Numbered from the stretch's first letter, positions 10,201 to 19,565 are shown. The stretch is 64,000 bases of DNA from Candidatus Falkowbacteria bacterium (GCA_037132255.1 JBAXPN010000001.1:191395-255394), one strand, 5' to 3'. Numbers and translations are program-made. The notes: generated by a model from the sequence alone, not told the origin.

Positions 10201-11081
10201 ATTTTGCTTTTGATAATACATGGCGGCAAGCAACGCTGGTTGTTAATCGTAATGATGGTTATTGGGCTTTGTATATTGACGGGGAAGAAGTATTTTATAT
10301 TGATACTTATAAAATGATGCCTGCGATGGATTTAATTGAGCTGGGCGGCGATAATGGTCCTTTTGCTGTAGACGAATTAGCGATTTGGAGTCGTGCATTA
10401 ACGCCTGACGAAATAATTGATATCAGAAATTCTGAAGCTCCGTTTAGCCCTGTTTATTTGCCAGAAGCACAGCAAATTCCAAAATTAAAACATTTTTGGA
10501 ATTTCAATGAAGGCATTGGCACGACAACTCGAGATTTAATTGGAAACACTGACTTGCCGATTGATAAAAACGCTTGGACTAATATTGATGTTAACAATAG
10601 TGCATTAAATAATAATTCAGGTCGAATAATTAATGTAAATTTTCCCGAAATTGATTCGTCCGACCTTTCCTTAACCTTTTGGTGGCGAAGTTCTAATACC
10701 TATTATCGTAATGAATCGAGGGTAGCTCTGCGCAATGAAACAAGCGCCAATATTTTATCTCTAATTCCGAGTCAATTTGTTTCAGGCTATGTCTATAGTA
10801 ACGCCTATAGTTATTTTAGTAGTGGCGAGAATCAAACAATCCCTAATGACTTAAATTGGCATCTTTTAGCTTTAAGTTATGATTCTTATCGTAATTTACT
10901 TCGATTTTATGTTGATGGAGTTGAAAAGGGTAGTCGAAGTTATATTTGGGGAGCAGAAATACCACTCATTAATGCCTTAGAAATTGTCTCAGAGCAGGGC
11001 CAAACAGAAATTGACAATTTAGGTATTTGGGAAGGTGCGCTTAGCCCTGCCCAAATTCAAGAAATATTCGCTAATAATTGA
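7248..11081 (+). CDS. Secreted multidomain protein: permuted papain-like NlpC/P60 (YiiX/YebB-like) + 2 lamin-tail (LTD)-like + 2 LamG-like domains
   Basis: Signal peptide MKKILIIIFG. GHVGIYIG..YIVEA..G, YDFDF and WTCVGL give the His-before-Cys order. Two repeats starting WIELYNP. Two LamG-like units (WHFDE/WNFNE, FTISFWF, YIDGEE/YVDGVE, DELAIWSRALT/DNLGIWEGALS). Confidence 0.8.
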   Translation: MKKILIIIFGLIFLPKICGAMPPGTLVYRTSENGRMFGYSGDPLIYSEKGIVKNINSGHVGIYIGQENGVDYIVEALANGIVKTPADKFVNLGEGEKYLGAKIPKNLSAIQQAKVVAIAKSLVGKNLAYDFDFKTQKGPESGEWTCVGLTEKLYESANIYNPNNLGSLEYETSYYAIDITPDGFDNYSTVNSYGDCFSADYEYSKIAARVDILIPAPELVGFDVGLIKDDERYIFIPYTQYLQPSLSDITTDITMESYFNGSEVRGSTSKYALALRWSLINNPSSSLSTIARKTKEAVISLKNRIFGNGTDAAEIALVTENTSNQNVTSEDTTAKTGALINKATSTKLEDAEINDPKTTNTGKQATTAKTSTSKTVSTKTNSTQTNSVSNNKTNQNTNTINDSVEAASYYSPAKASENTVIAADSKVIETPKIATVSRIYATGNNKWIELYNPTDLDFDLAAAGYRLEKAKTAADPTLIMRIGKTEDGSYPGGTIIKARGTYMIVKSTASDYYLRQADAVATRDDFTWPSSGYTIYLGTGAISSNTDPDIVEALGYGANATYYQGDAPAPEITDNYSLNRQKGSGNNNLDFKLVKSDDPTIDWTIDNEEETSNTATSTIINTAASTSTISTTTHIIATTTPSISNSTNNIASTTSNIATSSPNQANTLPLLINGIYGSGVNDWIELYNPNNFAIDLYSNEYRLEKTKTAIDPALIMRIGDPLDGYYPGTTIINANGKYLIVRDDADQFFKDKASAIATRLDFSWLNSGYTLYLASGPVSSSTDEDIIDTLGFGLNATFWRGYNPAEAMKDGYSLSRTSNTGNNNLDYNLLKSDDPSIDWSEENSDTGTSMNIYNFSTSSYDLFSFPEPINSAGLEYVWHFDECTGSTTASSLGNSTLNVANHWKSGKYICSKEAGYDYGKIVGPLDKQIDINNFTISFWFKATQSYPRLSLTLANDQSDSINVTLEQGLMQFSGLANPSWRYYQDFAFDNTWRQATLVVNRNDGYWALYIDGEEVFYIDTYKMMPAMDLIELGGDNGPFAVDELAIWSRALTPDEIIDIRNSEAPFSPVYLPEAQQIPKLKHFWNFNEGIGTTTRDLIGNTDLPIDKNAWTNIDVNNSALNNNSGRIINVNFPEIDSSDLSLTFWWRSSNTYYRNESRVALRNETSANILSLIPSQFVSGYVYSNAYSYFSSGENQTIPNDLNWHLLALSYDSYRNLLRFYVDGVEKGSRSYIWGAEIPLINALEIVSEQGQTEIDNLGIWEGALSPAQIQEIFANN

Positions 11082-11082
11082 T

Positions 11083-11110
11083 AAAAAAAGCCACTTTCGG
11101 GTGGCTTTTT
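11083..11110 (+). terminator. Intrinsic terminator
   Basis: AAAAAAAGCCACT-TTCG-GGTGGCTTTTT. Confidence 0.85.
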
Positions 11111-11112
11111 AC

Positions 11113-11141
11113 TTGATTTATTTCTCGTTTTCTTGTATTGT
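11113..11141 (+). promoter_or_regulatory. Promoter of rnpB
   Basis: TTGATT-17 nt-TATTGT ending 6 nt before the predicted RNA 5' end. Confidence 0.55.
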
Positions 11142-11147
11142 GTAATT

Positions 11148-11546
11148 GTTATTAGGGCAAGCGGGCAATCGCTCTTTTTTGTAGTTTACTATAAAAGGGA
11201 GAGGAAAGTCCGGACTTCATCGCTTGGTAACAAGCGGAGACGATAGTGGGTAACGCCCACCGAGGTGTTTAATTTATTAAACGCTTTAGGGAAAGTGCCA
11301 CAGAGACAATACTAATTCTGGAATTTATTGACAGAATCAAAGGTGAAAAGATGCTGGGTGTTTCTTCTTGAAGCTACTGGCATCGGCCTCCGGTGACGGA
11401 GATGCCGTGGTAAACCCTATCAGAAGCAAGAGCAAACTTTTGCCAGTTTGGCAAAAAGACAAGTAGCTCGCATGAGCTTATTAGTAATAATAAGCCTAGA
11501 TAAATGATTGCTAGAACAGAATCCGGCTTACGGCTACCCTAATAAC
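11148..11546 (+). ncRNA. rnpB: RNase P RNA (bacterial, probably type A)
   Basis: Conserved blocks GAGGAAAGTCCGG, GGGTAAC, AGTGCCACAGA, GGTAAACC, GCAAG, TAGATAAATG and ACAGAATCCGGCTTA. Terminal P1 pairing GTTATTAGGG / CCCTAATAAC. Confidence 0.95.
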
Positions 11547-11569
11547 AAATGTTATCCATTAATTTATAT

Positions 11570-12985
11570 ATGAAAAAAATTGAAACTTTTTTTTCCACCT
11601 TATTTATTCCCGTTGATTTTATTCTCTTGGTTTTAGCCGGTCTCTCCGCTTACTACCTAAGATTTTCGAATTGGTCGGCAAATATTAGACCGATTATTTT
11701 TAATTTGCAATTCTCATCCTATTTTCGATCATTGCTTGTTGTCGCCTTGCTTTGGATAATTATTTTAGCCGTCTCTGGCGTCTATAGTATTCGCAGTGCG
11801 CGTAAATTAGCACAAGAAATTCGCAAAATTTTCTTTGCTTGCGCAGCTGGCCTCGCCTTAATCGCCATTATTATCTTTTTTCAACGTGAACTATTTGATT
11901 CACGTTTTATTGTTTTAGTCGGCTCTGTATTCGCCTTTCTCTATTTAAGTATTGCTCATGCCTTTATTCGTTGGCTGCAAAGACGTTTATATGGATATGG
12001 AATTGGCGTTCATAAAGTCATTTTAGTTGGTAATTCAAAAACTACTGATAATTTAATCGCTGAATTTTCGAGCAATAAGAAATCCGGTTACGAAGTTATA
12101 AAAAGAGTTAGAGATTTTTCTCTTGAAACTGCTCAGGAAGTAGCCGAATTTATTTCTGGCAGGGAAGTTGATGAAATTATTCAAAGTGATCCAAACTTAA
12201 CTAAAGCAGAAACCTTACGTCTCTACGATTTTACTAATGAAAACCATATTACTTTTAAATATGTCGCTGATTTACTCGAAGTAAAAGTTTTACGCACTGA
12301 AGTGGCAGAAATTATTGGTATTCCAGTCGTTGAAGTTAAGCGTACCACTTTAGAAGGTTGGGGAAGAGTGTTTAAACGAATTTTTGATATTGTCGGATCA
12401 GGTCTGCTTATTTTAATTTTTTCTCCAATTATTCTTTTAACAATGTTAGCTATTTCGCTCGATTCTCGCGGACCGATATTTTTTTCCCGCCGTGATGATG
12501 GTAATCCTGTTTATCGCGTCGGTGAAGGTGGAACGACTTTTCGTTATTTTAAATTTAGATCAATGATACCGAATTCAGATAGTATGCGCTATAACGAGCT
12601 CGCTGATCGCAATTTACGAAGCGAAGGCCCATTAGTTAAGATTCAGGATGATCCTCGCGTTACTCGTATTGGCCAACTTATCCGCCGTTGGTCGATTGAT
12701 GAATTACCGGAATTATTTTTGGTGTTCATTGGTCGTATGAGTTTAGTAGGGCCGCGCCCACATTTACCAGAAGAGGTCGCTAAATATGAAAATTATCATC
12801 GCAAAACTCTGACCATTAAGCCGGGAATAACGGGCTTAGCTCAAGTTTCGGGGCGTAGTGACTTACTCTTCGAAGAAGAGGCAAAACTTGATATTTACTA
12901 TATTGAAAATTGGTCTCTTCTACTCGATATTTCTATATTATTTAAAACACCCTTCGCGGTCTTTAAACATCGCCAGGCTGAATAA
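11570..12985 (+). CDS. Polyprenyl-phosphate glycosylphosphotransferase (WcaJ/WbaP-like priming sugar transferase)
   Basis: N-terminal TMs. KRIFDI, FKFRSM, DDPRVT, SIDELPE, MSLVGPRP and KPGITGLAQV motifs. Confidence 0.92.
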   Translation: MKKIETFFSTLFIPVDFILLVLAGLSAYYLRFSNWSANIRPIIFNLQFSSYFRSLLVVALLWIIILAVSGVYSIRSARKLAQEIRKIFFACAAGLALIAIIIFFQRELFDSRFIVLVGSVFAFLYLSIAHAFIRWLQRRLYGYGIGVHKVILVGNSKTTDNLIAEFSSNKKSGYEVIKRVRDFSLETAQEVAEFISGREVDEIIQSDPNLTKAETLRLYDFTNENHITFKYVADLLEVKVLRTEVAEIIGIPVVEVKRTTLEGWGRVFKRIFDIVGSGLLILIFSPIILLTMLAISLDSRGPIFFSRRDDGNPVYRVGEGGTTFRYFKFRSMIPNSDSMRYNELADRNLRSEGPLVKIQDDPRVTRIGQLIRRWSIDELPELFLVFIGRMSLVGPRPHLPEEVAKYENYHRKTLTIKPGITGLAQVSGRSDLLFEEEAKLDIYYIENWSLLLDISILFKTPFAVFKHRQAE

Positions 12986-12993
12986 TCAAACAA

Positions 12994-14106
12994 ATGAAAG
13001 TTGCTTTAATACACGATCACTTAGCCCAAGATGGCGGTGCTGAAAAAGTTTTAAAAGTCTTTTCTGATATGTTTCCGGAAGCGCCGATTTATACTTTATT
13101 ATATGAAGATAAAAATGTCGCTAAGTATTTTAAAGATAAGCGAATCGAAACATCTGTTATCCAAAAACTTCCCGGAGGCATTAAACATTATCAATGGTAT
13201 CTTTTTTTCATGCCAATGGCGGTGGAATTTTTTGATTTATCATCATATGATTTAGTAATCTCAGATACTAGCTCATTTGCGAAGGGGGTAATAACTAAGC
13301 CTCATTGTCTGCATATTTGCTATTGTCATACTCCTACCCGCTACTTATGGAGTGATACTCATCAATATATAAACGAACTTAAATATAATAAGTGGTTTAA
13401 GAAAATCATTTCTTTGATTTTAAACCGCATCAGACTTTGGGATCGTTTAGCGGCCGATCGCGTTGATGTCTTTATTGCAAACTCAATAACTGTTCAGGAG
13501 AGAATTACCAAGTATTATCGTCGCGATTCGACTGTTATCTATCCACCCGTTGAGACGGAAAGATTTTCTGTTATCGATATTAGTAAGCAAGCCCGGGAAG
13601 AGAAGTATTTTTTAGCCGGTTGCCGCTTGGCTCCCTATAAACGGGTCGATCTAGTTGTTGAGGCTTTTAAAAAATTAGGATCAGCTTATAAATTGAAAAT
13701 TTTCGGTGACGGGGTAGACTTAGAACGTTTAAAGATGATTGCCGGAAAAGCGGAGAATATCGAATTTTTAGGACGAGTTAGCGAGGATAATAAGGCAAAA
13801 CTATTTCAAGGCGCGCAGGCTTTTATTAATCCCCAAGAAGAAGATTTTGGTATTACTGTTGTTGAATCTATGGCGAGTGGTCGTCCAGTTATCGCTTATC
13901 GTCTCGGAGGCGCAACGGAAACAATTATTGAAGATCAAACTGGTGTATTTTTTAATGAGCAGAGCGCCGATTCTTTAATCGCTGCAATTAAAAAATTTGA
14001 AACAATTGATTTTAATTCTCAAGATATACGTCATCATGCCGAAAAGTTCTCAGTTGCTAACTTTAATCAACAAATATCCGATTTTATTGCCAGCCATAAA
14101 AAATAG
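12994..14106 (+). CDS. Glycosyltransferase family 4
   Basis: GGAEKV, CYCHTPTRY and EDFGITVVESMASGRPVI motifs. Confidence 0.9.
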   Translation: MKVALIHDHLAQDGGAEKVLKVFSDMFPEAPIYTLLYEDKNVAKYFKDKRIETSVIQKLPGGIKHYQWYLFFMPMAVEFFDLSSYDLVISDTSSFAKGVITKPHCLHICYCHTPTRYLWSDTHQYINELKYNKWFKKIISLILNRIRLWDRLAADRVDVFIANSITVQERITKYYRRDSTVIYPPVETERFSVIDISKQAREEKYFLAGCRLAPYKRVDLVVEAFKKLGSAYKLKIFGDGVDLERLKMIAGKAENIEFLGRVSEDNKAKLFQGAQAFINPQEEDFGITVVESMASGRPVIAYRLGGATETIIEDQTGVFFNEQSADSLIAAIKKFETIDFNSQDIRHHAEKFSVANFNQQISDFIASHKK

Positions 14107-14109
14107 TTT

Positions 14110-15252
14110 ATGAAGATTGGAGTCGACATTAGAGTATTAATGGATGAATACTATAGCGGTGTCTCTCAATACACCGCTAATTTATTGACGGCAATTTTGG
14201 CTGCTGATAAAAAAAATAATTATAAATTATTTTATAATTCATGGGATAAACTTGATAAAAAATTGAGTATTTGGCGAAGAGATAATGCCAGCGTTATAGG
14301 TAGCCATATTCCTAATAAGATATTCAATTATTTTGGTCAAAGTGTATTAGCTTATCCTAAAATTGATAAATTATTAGGTGGCGTTGATATTTTTTGGGCT
14401 CCGCATTTTAATTTTTCGAGTCTTGGTGCAGAAACAAAAAAAATCATCACCGTTCATGACTTATCGTTTTTAAGATATCCAGAATTTTTTAGTTTGCGAA
14501 AAAATTGTTGGCACAAGGCTTTACGGGTCAGGAATATCCTCCGTAATGCTGATAAGATAATTGCCGTTTCCGAAAATACCAAAAATGATATCGTTGAACT
14601 CGTTGGTGTTCTACCTGAAAAAATTAGAGTTATTTACTCGGGTAATAATGCGATTAAAAAAGACGTAGATAAAGATAAGGCCGACAAATTCTTGCAAAGT
14701 CATAATATTTCCGGCCGTTTAATTCTATATTTAGGCACAATCGAGCCACGAAAAAACATCATTGGTTTAATTGCAGCTTACGAAGAGTTGCGCGCAAAGA
14801 ATTCTGAACTTAATGATGTAAAATTACTTTTAGTGGGTGCTAAGGGCTGGAAAAATAATCAGACCTACTCTAAATGGAAGAAATCGCCATACAAAAAGGA
14901 TATAATATTTTTAGGATATATTAATGAGGAGGAAAGAGATATTCTTTATGCTGAATCGAGTGTTTTTGCTTACCCCTCCTTTTACGAAGGTTTTGGTTTC
15001 CCACCGCTCGAGGCAATGACATATGGTTTGCCCGTTGTTTGTTCGAATGTTTCAAGCCTACCTGAAGTAGTTGGCGCGGCCGCCATAACCGTTAATCCAT
15101 ACGAGTCGGAGGAAATTGCCGATGCCTTAAGACTAGTTTTAACAGATAAGTCATTGCGCGAACTACTAATAAGCCGCGGCTATGAGCAGGCTAATAAATT
15201 TACCTGGGCTAAAACAGCAAGTGAATATCTAGATGCATTTGAAAAGATTTAG
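14110..15252 (+). CDS. Glycosyltransferase family 4 (mannosyltransferase-like)
   Basis: [13 protein letters not shown] and [11 protein letters not shown] motifs. Confidence 0.9.
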   Translation: MKIGVDIRVLMDEYYSGVSQYTANLLTAILAADKKNNYKLFYNSWDKLDKKLSIWRRDNASVIGSHIPNKIFNYFGQSVLAYPKIDKLLGGVDIFWAPHFNFSSLGAETKKIITVHDLSFLRYPEFFSLRKNCWHKALRVRNILRNADKIIAVSENTKNDIVELVGVLPEKIRVIYSGNNAIKKDVDKDKADKFLQSHNISGRLILYLGTIEPRKNIIGLIAAYEELRAKNSELNDVKLLLVGAKGWKNNQTYSKWKKSPYKKDIIFLGYINEEERDILYAESSVFAYPSFYEGFGFPPLEAMTYGLPVVCSNVSSLPEVVGAAAITVNPYESEEIADALRLVLTDKSLRELLISRGYEQANKFTWAKTASEYLDAFEKI

Positions 15253-15305
15253 ATAATAAAAAAGTGGCTTGCAAGCAAACCACTGAAACTTTTTAAGGCC
15301 GTACC

Positions 15306-15452
15306 TTATCGCTCATATTCGGAGCGTTCATCTAAAAAAATAAGATAATCTGGAAAGTTTTCGCAGACAACTACGTCGCCTGTGTTTAGAAACACGATAA
15401 TACTTTTACTAGTAATTGTAGTTTCATTCTGAGTTAAATTTAGTTCTTCCAT
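15306..15452 (-). CDS. Small acidic hypothetical protein (48 aa), not in ORF track
   Basis: Manual translation MEELNLTQNETTITSKSIIVFLNTGDVVVCENFPDYLIFLDERSEYER. Upstream minus-strand promoter TTGACA-17-GATAAT at 15566-15538. Confidence 0.45.
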   Translation of the reverse strand: MEELNLTQNETTITSKSIIVFLNTGDVVVCENFPDYLIFLDERSEYER

Positions 15453-15590
15453 TCGGTAATGATTTTTTTTATGTTAACTAGCTAGACCAGTTAACCGGGC
15501 AATATAATGTAAAGTACGATATTAAGGTACCGCCAGTATTATCCTATATTTAAGACGAATTGTCAAACTTAAAAAAATATAAATTCACAT

Positions 15591-16691
15591 ATGAAAGTAA
15601 TTAAGAAAAAAATAATCACCAAGAAAAAGGGTAAAGTTCTTGTTGCCATGTCAGGCGGAGTCGATTCTAGTGTGGCCGCTCAATTGTTAAAAAATCAAGG
15701 CTACGACGTTGCTGGAGTCTTTTTGCATTTCTGGAAAGATGAATCTGCCGGCTTAAACCACGAAAATCGTTGTTGCTCCTTAGAATCATTAATGGACGCT
15801 AAATTAGTCGCTGCTAAAATCGGCATGCCTTTATATACTTTTAACTTTTCCGAACCCTTTAAAAAGGCAGTGGTCGATAACTTTCTCAGCGAGTATGATG
15901 CCGGTCGTACACCGAATCCTTGTGTTGTTTGTAACCGGAAAATTAAAATTGGGCTTCTATTAAAGCATGCACGTGCGCTAGGTTATGATTATGTCGCTAC
16001 TGGTCATTATTTAACACTAAAGAAAGTCGGACGTGAGATTCAATTATTTAAAGCCAAAGATAAAAATAAAGATCAGTCATATTTTTTATATACCTTTAAA
16101 CCTGATGAGCTCAAACATCTATTATTTCCCCTCGGATCATATGTAAAACCAGAGGTCAGAAAATTAGCGGCTAAGTTCAAGTTAGTGGTTGCGGGTAAAG
16201 CTGAGAGTCAAGATATTTGTTTTTTAGCAGGCGATCATAATAATTTTCTAAAAAAATATTTGGATTTGAAGTCAGGCGATATTAAAATTTTGGAAACAGG
16301 AGAAAAAATAGGCGAACATCTTGGCCTACCACTTTACACAATCGGTCAAAGACGTGGCCTAGTTGGAGGAACGGGCCCGTATTACGTCGCAAAATTTGAT
16401 TATAAGAATAATATCCTCTACGTCGTTAAAAATTGGAATGAGAATATTCTCTATGAGAAAACGCTGATTGCTAAAGACGTTAATTGGCTAAGTGGACGTG
16501 CGCCTAAACGCCTTCTAGAATGTGAGGCTGTTATTCGCTATGGCCATAAAGCTGTTAAATGCACGGTAAGCCCAAAGAACAAAAATGATTACAACGTTGA
16601 GTTTAAAGCGGTTCAACGAGCCGTTACGCCGGGACAAAGCATTGTATTTTATAATAAAAAACAGGTTTTAGGCGGAGGCATAATTAAATAA
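15591..16691 (+). CDS. mnmA: tRNA 2-thiouridine(34) synthase MnmA
   Basis: AMSGGVDSS, TPNPCVVCN, ATGHY, KDQSYFL, ESQDICF, YTIGQRRG and TPGQS motifs. Confidence 0.97.
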   Translation: MKVIKKKIITKKKGKVLVAMSGGVDSSVAAQLLKNQGYDVAGVFLHFWKDESAGLNHENRCCSLESLMDAKLVAAKIGMPLYTFNFSEPFKKAVVDNFLSEYDAGRTPNPCVVCNRKIKIGLLLKHARALGYDYVATGHYLTLKKVGREIQLFKAKDKNKDQSYFLYTFKPDELKHLLFPLGSYVKPEVRKLAAKFKLVVAGKAESQDICFLAGDHNNFLKKYLDLKSGDIKILETGEKIGEHLGLPLYTIGQRRGLVGGTGPYYVAKFDYKNNILYVVKNWNENILYEKTLIAKDVNWLSGRAPKRLLECEAVIRYGHKAVKCTVSPKNKNDYNVEFKAVQRAVTPGQSIVFYNKKQVLGGGIIK

Positions 16692-16753
16692 ATTTCACAT
16701 ATTAATATTTGTGCTATAATACACGAGTCTTAAAATATTAATTTTAAATAATT

Positions 16754-17110
16754 ATGTCTCAACAACTCCCCGATGTTTTTAAAAGAATTCAGGATAAGAA
16801 AAGGGAACAACGTGATCTGAAAACTATCTATCGCGACGCCCTCTCGGTCAATGGTGAATATCAGCAAGCCCTTGAAGAACTAGAAGCACTTAAAATCAAG
16901 AAGAAAAAAATTGAAGCCTCGGTGCAATCTGATTTTAAAGAAGAATTTGATAAATTAGAGGGACTGAAATTAAATATCGCCGGAGATAATCAATTACTTA
17001 GCGATTTAGCTTTAACCCAATTAACTAGCGGTGAACCGGTTAAAATTATTGATGAAAATAAGGTTGAGTACGAACCAGTATTTACCGTAAGATTTAAAAA
17101 AACCAAATAG
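16754..17110 (+). CDS. Hypothetical coiled-coil protein
   Basis: 118 aa helical ORF with a TGCTATAAT promoter upstream and a terminator downstream. Confidence 0.7.
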   Translation: MSQQLPDVFKRIQDKKREQRDLKTIYRDALSVNGEYQQALEELEALKIKKKKIEASVQSDFKEEFDKLEGLKLNIAGDNQLLSDLALTQLTSGEPVKIIDENKVEYEPVFTVRFKKTK

Positions 17111-17159
17111 AATAATTTGAAACAAAAAACAGACCAAAATTGAGGTCTGTTTTTGCATG

Positions 17160-17243
17160 TGCCGCGAGAGGGAATCGAACCCTCACTAGGTCGCCCCAAC
17201 ACGATTTTGAGTCGTGCGCGTCTACCAGTTCCGCCATCGCGGC
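17160..17243 (-). tRNA. tRNA-Leu (CAA)
   Basis: Reverse complement GCCGCGATGGCGGAACTGGTAGACGCG-CACGA-CTCAAAA-TCGTG, long variable arm, GGTTCGATTCC-TCGCGGCA. CCA is not encoded. Confidence 0.95.
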
Positions 17244-17261
17244 ATACTAATTACGAAATTT

Positions 17262-17290
17262 AGTATAATAAATATATGTCTAATTGTCAA
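17262..17290 (-). promoter_or_regulatory. Promoter of tRNA-Leu
   Basis: Minus strand TTGACA-17 nt-TATACT. Confidence 0.7.
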
Positions 17291-17331
17291 AGATTTTTCT
17301 TTAAGATATAATAAATATAGTTATAAATCCT

Positions 17332-18096
17332 ATGGGAAAAATCATTGCTATTGTTAATCAAAAAGGCGGTGTCGGCAAGACAACGACGGCCGTAAATTTA
17401 GGTGCCTATTTAGCTTATCTTGGTAAACAGGTTCTTTTGGTTGATATTGACCCTCAAGCTAATGCAACTTCAGGTCTTGGCCTAGATCATCGAAATTTAG
17501 AGGCGGGCGTTTATGAATCCTTAATTGGCGACAAACCAGTTTTTGAAGTTATTAAAAGAACGATGCAAGAAGGTTTAAAAGTCGCTCCAGCTACTCTTTC
17601 TCTCGCTGGAGCTGGTATAGATTTGGTTAATCTCGAAAATCGCGAATTTCGCTTGTCGATAATTTTAGAAGAAATTAGAAAAGATTATGATTATATAATT
17701 ATTGACGGTCCACCATCTCTCGGATTATTAACGGTTAATAGTTTAGTCGCGGCTGATGAGGTATTAATTCCGATCCAAAGTGAATACTTCGCGCTTGAAG
17801 GCTTGAGTCAATTACTTGAAACAATCAGCCTTGTTCAAAATAATTTGAAGCCATCGCTGGGCATTATGGGCGCGGTCATTACCATGTTTGATAAACGAAA
17901 TAAATTATCCGAGGCGGTGATGGAAGAACTTTATAAATTTTTTCCCAACCGAATATTTCGCTCGGTTATTCCACGAAGTGTTCGTTTGGCCGAGGCACCG
18001 AGCTACGGACGTTCCATTTTGCACTATGATCCAAAATCTCGTGGCGGAAAAGCATATGAAGGCTTAGCGAAAGAAGTGTTGAGCCTAGAAAAATAA
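17332..18096 (+). CDS. parA: Chromosome partitioning ATPase ParA/Soj
   Basis: NQKGGVGKTTT, DIDPQANAT, IDGPPSLG and LAEAPSYG motifs. Confidence 0.95.
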   Translation: MGKIIAIVNQKGGVGKTTTAVNLGAYLAYLGKQVLLVDIDPQANATSGLGLDHRNLEAGVYESLIGDKPVFEVIKRTMQEGLKVAPATLSLAGAGIDLVNLENREFRLSIILEEIRKDYDYIIIDGPPSLGLLTVNSLVAADEVLIPIQSEYFALEGLSQLLETISLVQNNLKPSLGIMGAVITMFDKRNKLSEAVMEELYKFFPNRIFRSVIPRSVRLAEAPSYGRSILHYDPKSRGGKAYEGLAKEVLSLEK

Positions 18097-18107
18097 TTAA
18101 GATTTTT

Positions 18108-18503
18108 ATGAAAGTCTACAAATTCAAATACGAAAAATTAGTCCGGGATATGATACCGACGAAAATAAAAAAATCTGGCGGGAAAGTAAAACAGAAGACG
18201 CTTAGCACTAACAAATACATTTACGAACTAAAAAGGAAATTGATTGAAGAGGGAGAAGAATTACTGGTCGCAAAAAATACAAAAGACACACTTGATGAGA
18301 TGGCAGATATTCAGGAGCTAATTGATTGCTTATTGGTTTCCTTGGGCAAGAAAACACCTGATTTAAAAAAGCTGCAAAAAGAAAAGAATAAAAAGAACGG
18401 ATCTTTTAAGGACAAGATATATATAAACAATATAAGCGCTGATGAGAATTTTGATTGGTTAGACTATCATTTAAAAAACAAACAGAAATATCCCCTAATA
18501 TAA
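18108..18503 (+). CDS. All-alpha NTP pyrophosphohydrolase (MazG/HisE-like, COG4997 type)
   Basis: YEKLVRDMIP, KLIEEGEE, DEMADIQE and K..KNGSF motifs. Confidence 0.8.
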   Translation: MKVYKFKYEKLVRDMIPTKIKKSGGKVKQKTLSTNKYIYELKRKLIEEGEELLVAKNTKDTLDEMADIQELIDCLLVSLGKKTPDLKKLQKEKNKKNGSFKDKIYINNISADENFDWLDYHLKNKQKYPLI

Positions 18504-18509
18504 TAATAT

Positions 18510-19388
18510 ATGCCTCAAGGATTAGGCCGTGGACTCGGCTCTCTTATTCCAAAAAAAACAATGACTTACGGCCAGAATCCATTTAAGTCAGAGATGGCCG
18601 AAGAAGAAACGGTTGTTCTTCATGATGGGGATAGAATTTTAAAAATTAATCCCAGCCGCATTTCAATAAATCCGCAGCAACCACGTACTTTTTTTTCGGA
18701 CACCGCTCTTAATGACTTAGCTGAATCTATTAAGCAGCACGGCATTATCTCGCCGCTTATCGTTACTAAAAAAGACGATGGCTATGAACTTATTGCCGGA
18801 GAGCGCCGCTTGCGAAGCGCCAAATTAATTGGCCTTAAGGAAGTTCCAGTTATTGTCCGCGAAGAAAAAGATCAGAAAAAATTAGAAATCGCTCTAATTG
18901 AAAATTTGCAACGCGAAGACTTGAACCCGCTCGAAACAGCTCGTGCTTACCAAAGATTAATCGATGAATTTAGTATCACCCAAGAAGAAGCAGCCCGTAA
19001 GCTAGGGAAAGCGCGCTCAAGTGTTGCTAATGCTTTGCGTTTATTAGCGCTTCCACTTGAAATCCAGGAAGCCTTAGCTAGCGGAAAGATTAGCGAGGCC
19101 CATGCTAAATATTTACTTGGTCTTGAAGGAGAGGCAAAGCAAATAAACATGCTTAAAAAAATAATGCGGCAGAATTTAACAGTTGCTGAAACTGATAAAG
19201 AAATTAAGCGACTAGGCGGTACGAAGGCGGCAAAAACAAAAGATTATTTCGACCGCGCTCGCGAAGAAGAACTCGGAGAACTACTTGCGACAAAAGTAGA
19301 AATAAAGCGCCAAGGTAAGGGTGGAAAATTAGTCTTTGATTTTTACTCGGAAGAAGAATTAAATGAAATTATTAAGAAAATAAAATAA
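18510..19388 (+). CDS. parB: Chromosome partitioning protein ParB/Spo0J
   Basis: GLGRGLGSL, QPR, LIAGERRLR, IENLQREDL and an HTH region. Confidence 0.95.
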   Translation: MPQGLGRGLGSLIPKKTMTYGQNPFKSEMAEEETVVLHDGDRILKINPSRISINPQQPRTFFSDTALNDLAESIKQHGIISPLIVTKKDDGYELIAGERRLRSAKLIGLKEVPVIVREEKDQKKLEIALIENLQREDLNPLETARAYQRLIDEFSITQEEAARKLGKARSSVANALRLLALPLEIQEALASGKISEAHAKYLLGLEGEAKQINMLKKIMRQNLTVAETDKEIKRLGGTKAAKTKDYFDRAREEELGELLATKVEIKRQGKGGKLVFDFYSEEELNEIIKKIK

Positions 19389-19426
19389 ATTTTAGGTGAT
19401 GATTTTTTAAAAATATTAGTATAGAT

Positions 19427-19462
19427 AAAAGTGGCAATTTCTAAAAGAATGCCACTTTTTTT
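19427..19462 (+). terminator. Intrinsic terminator
   Basis: AAAAGTGGCA...TGCCACTTTTTTT. Confidence 0.7.
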
Positions 19463-19565
19463 GTTTAAAATTATATTTGCCATCCTGAACTTCTTATACT
19501 AAAATGATAATGGCTTGATGAGTTAATAATCACCAATTTTTAAGAATAAAATAAGCACATAATTA

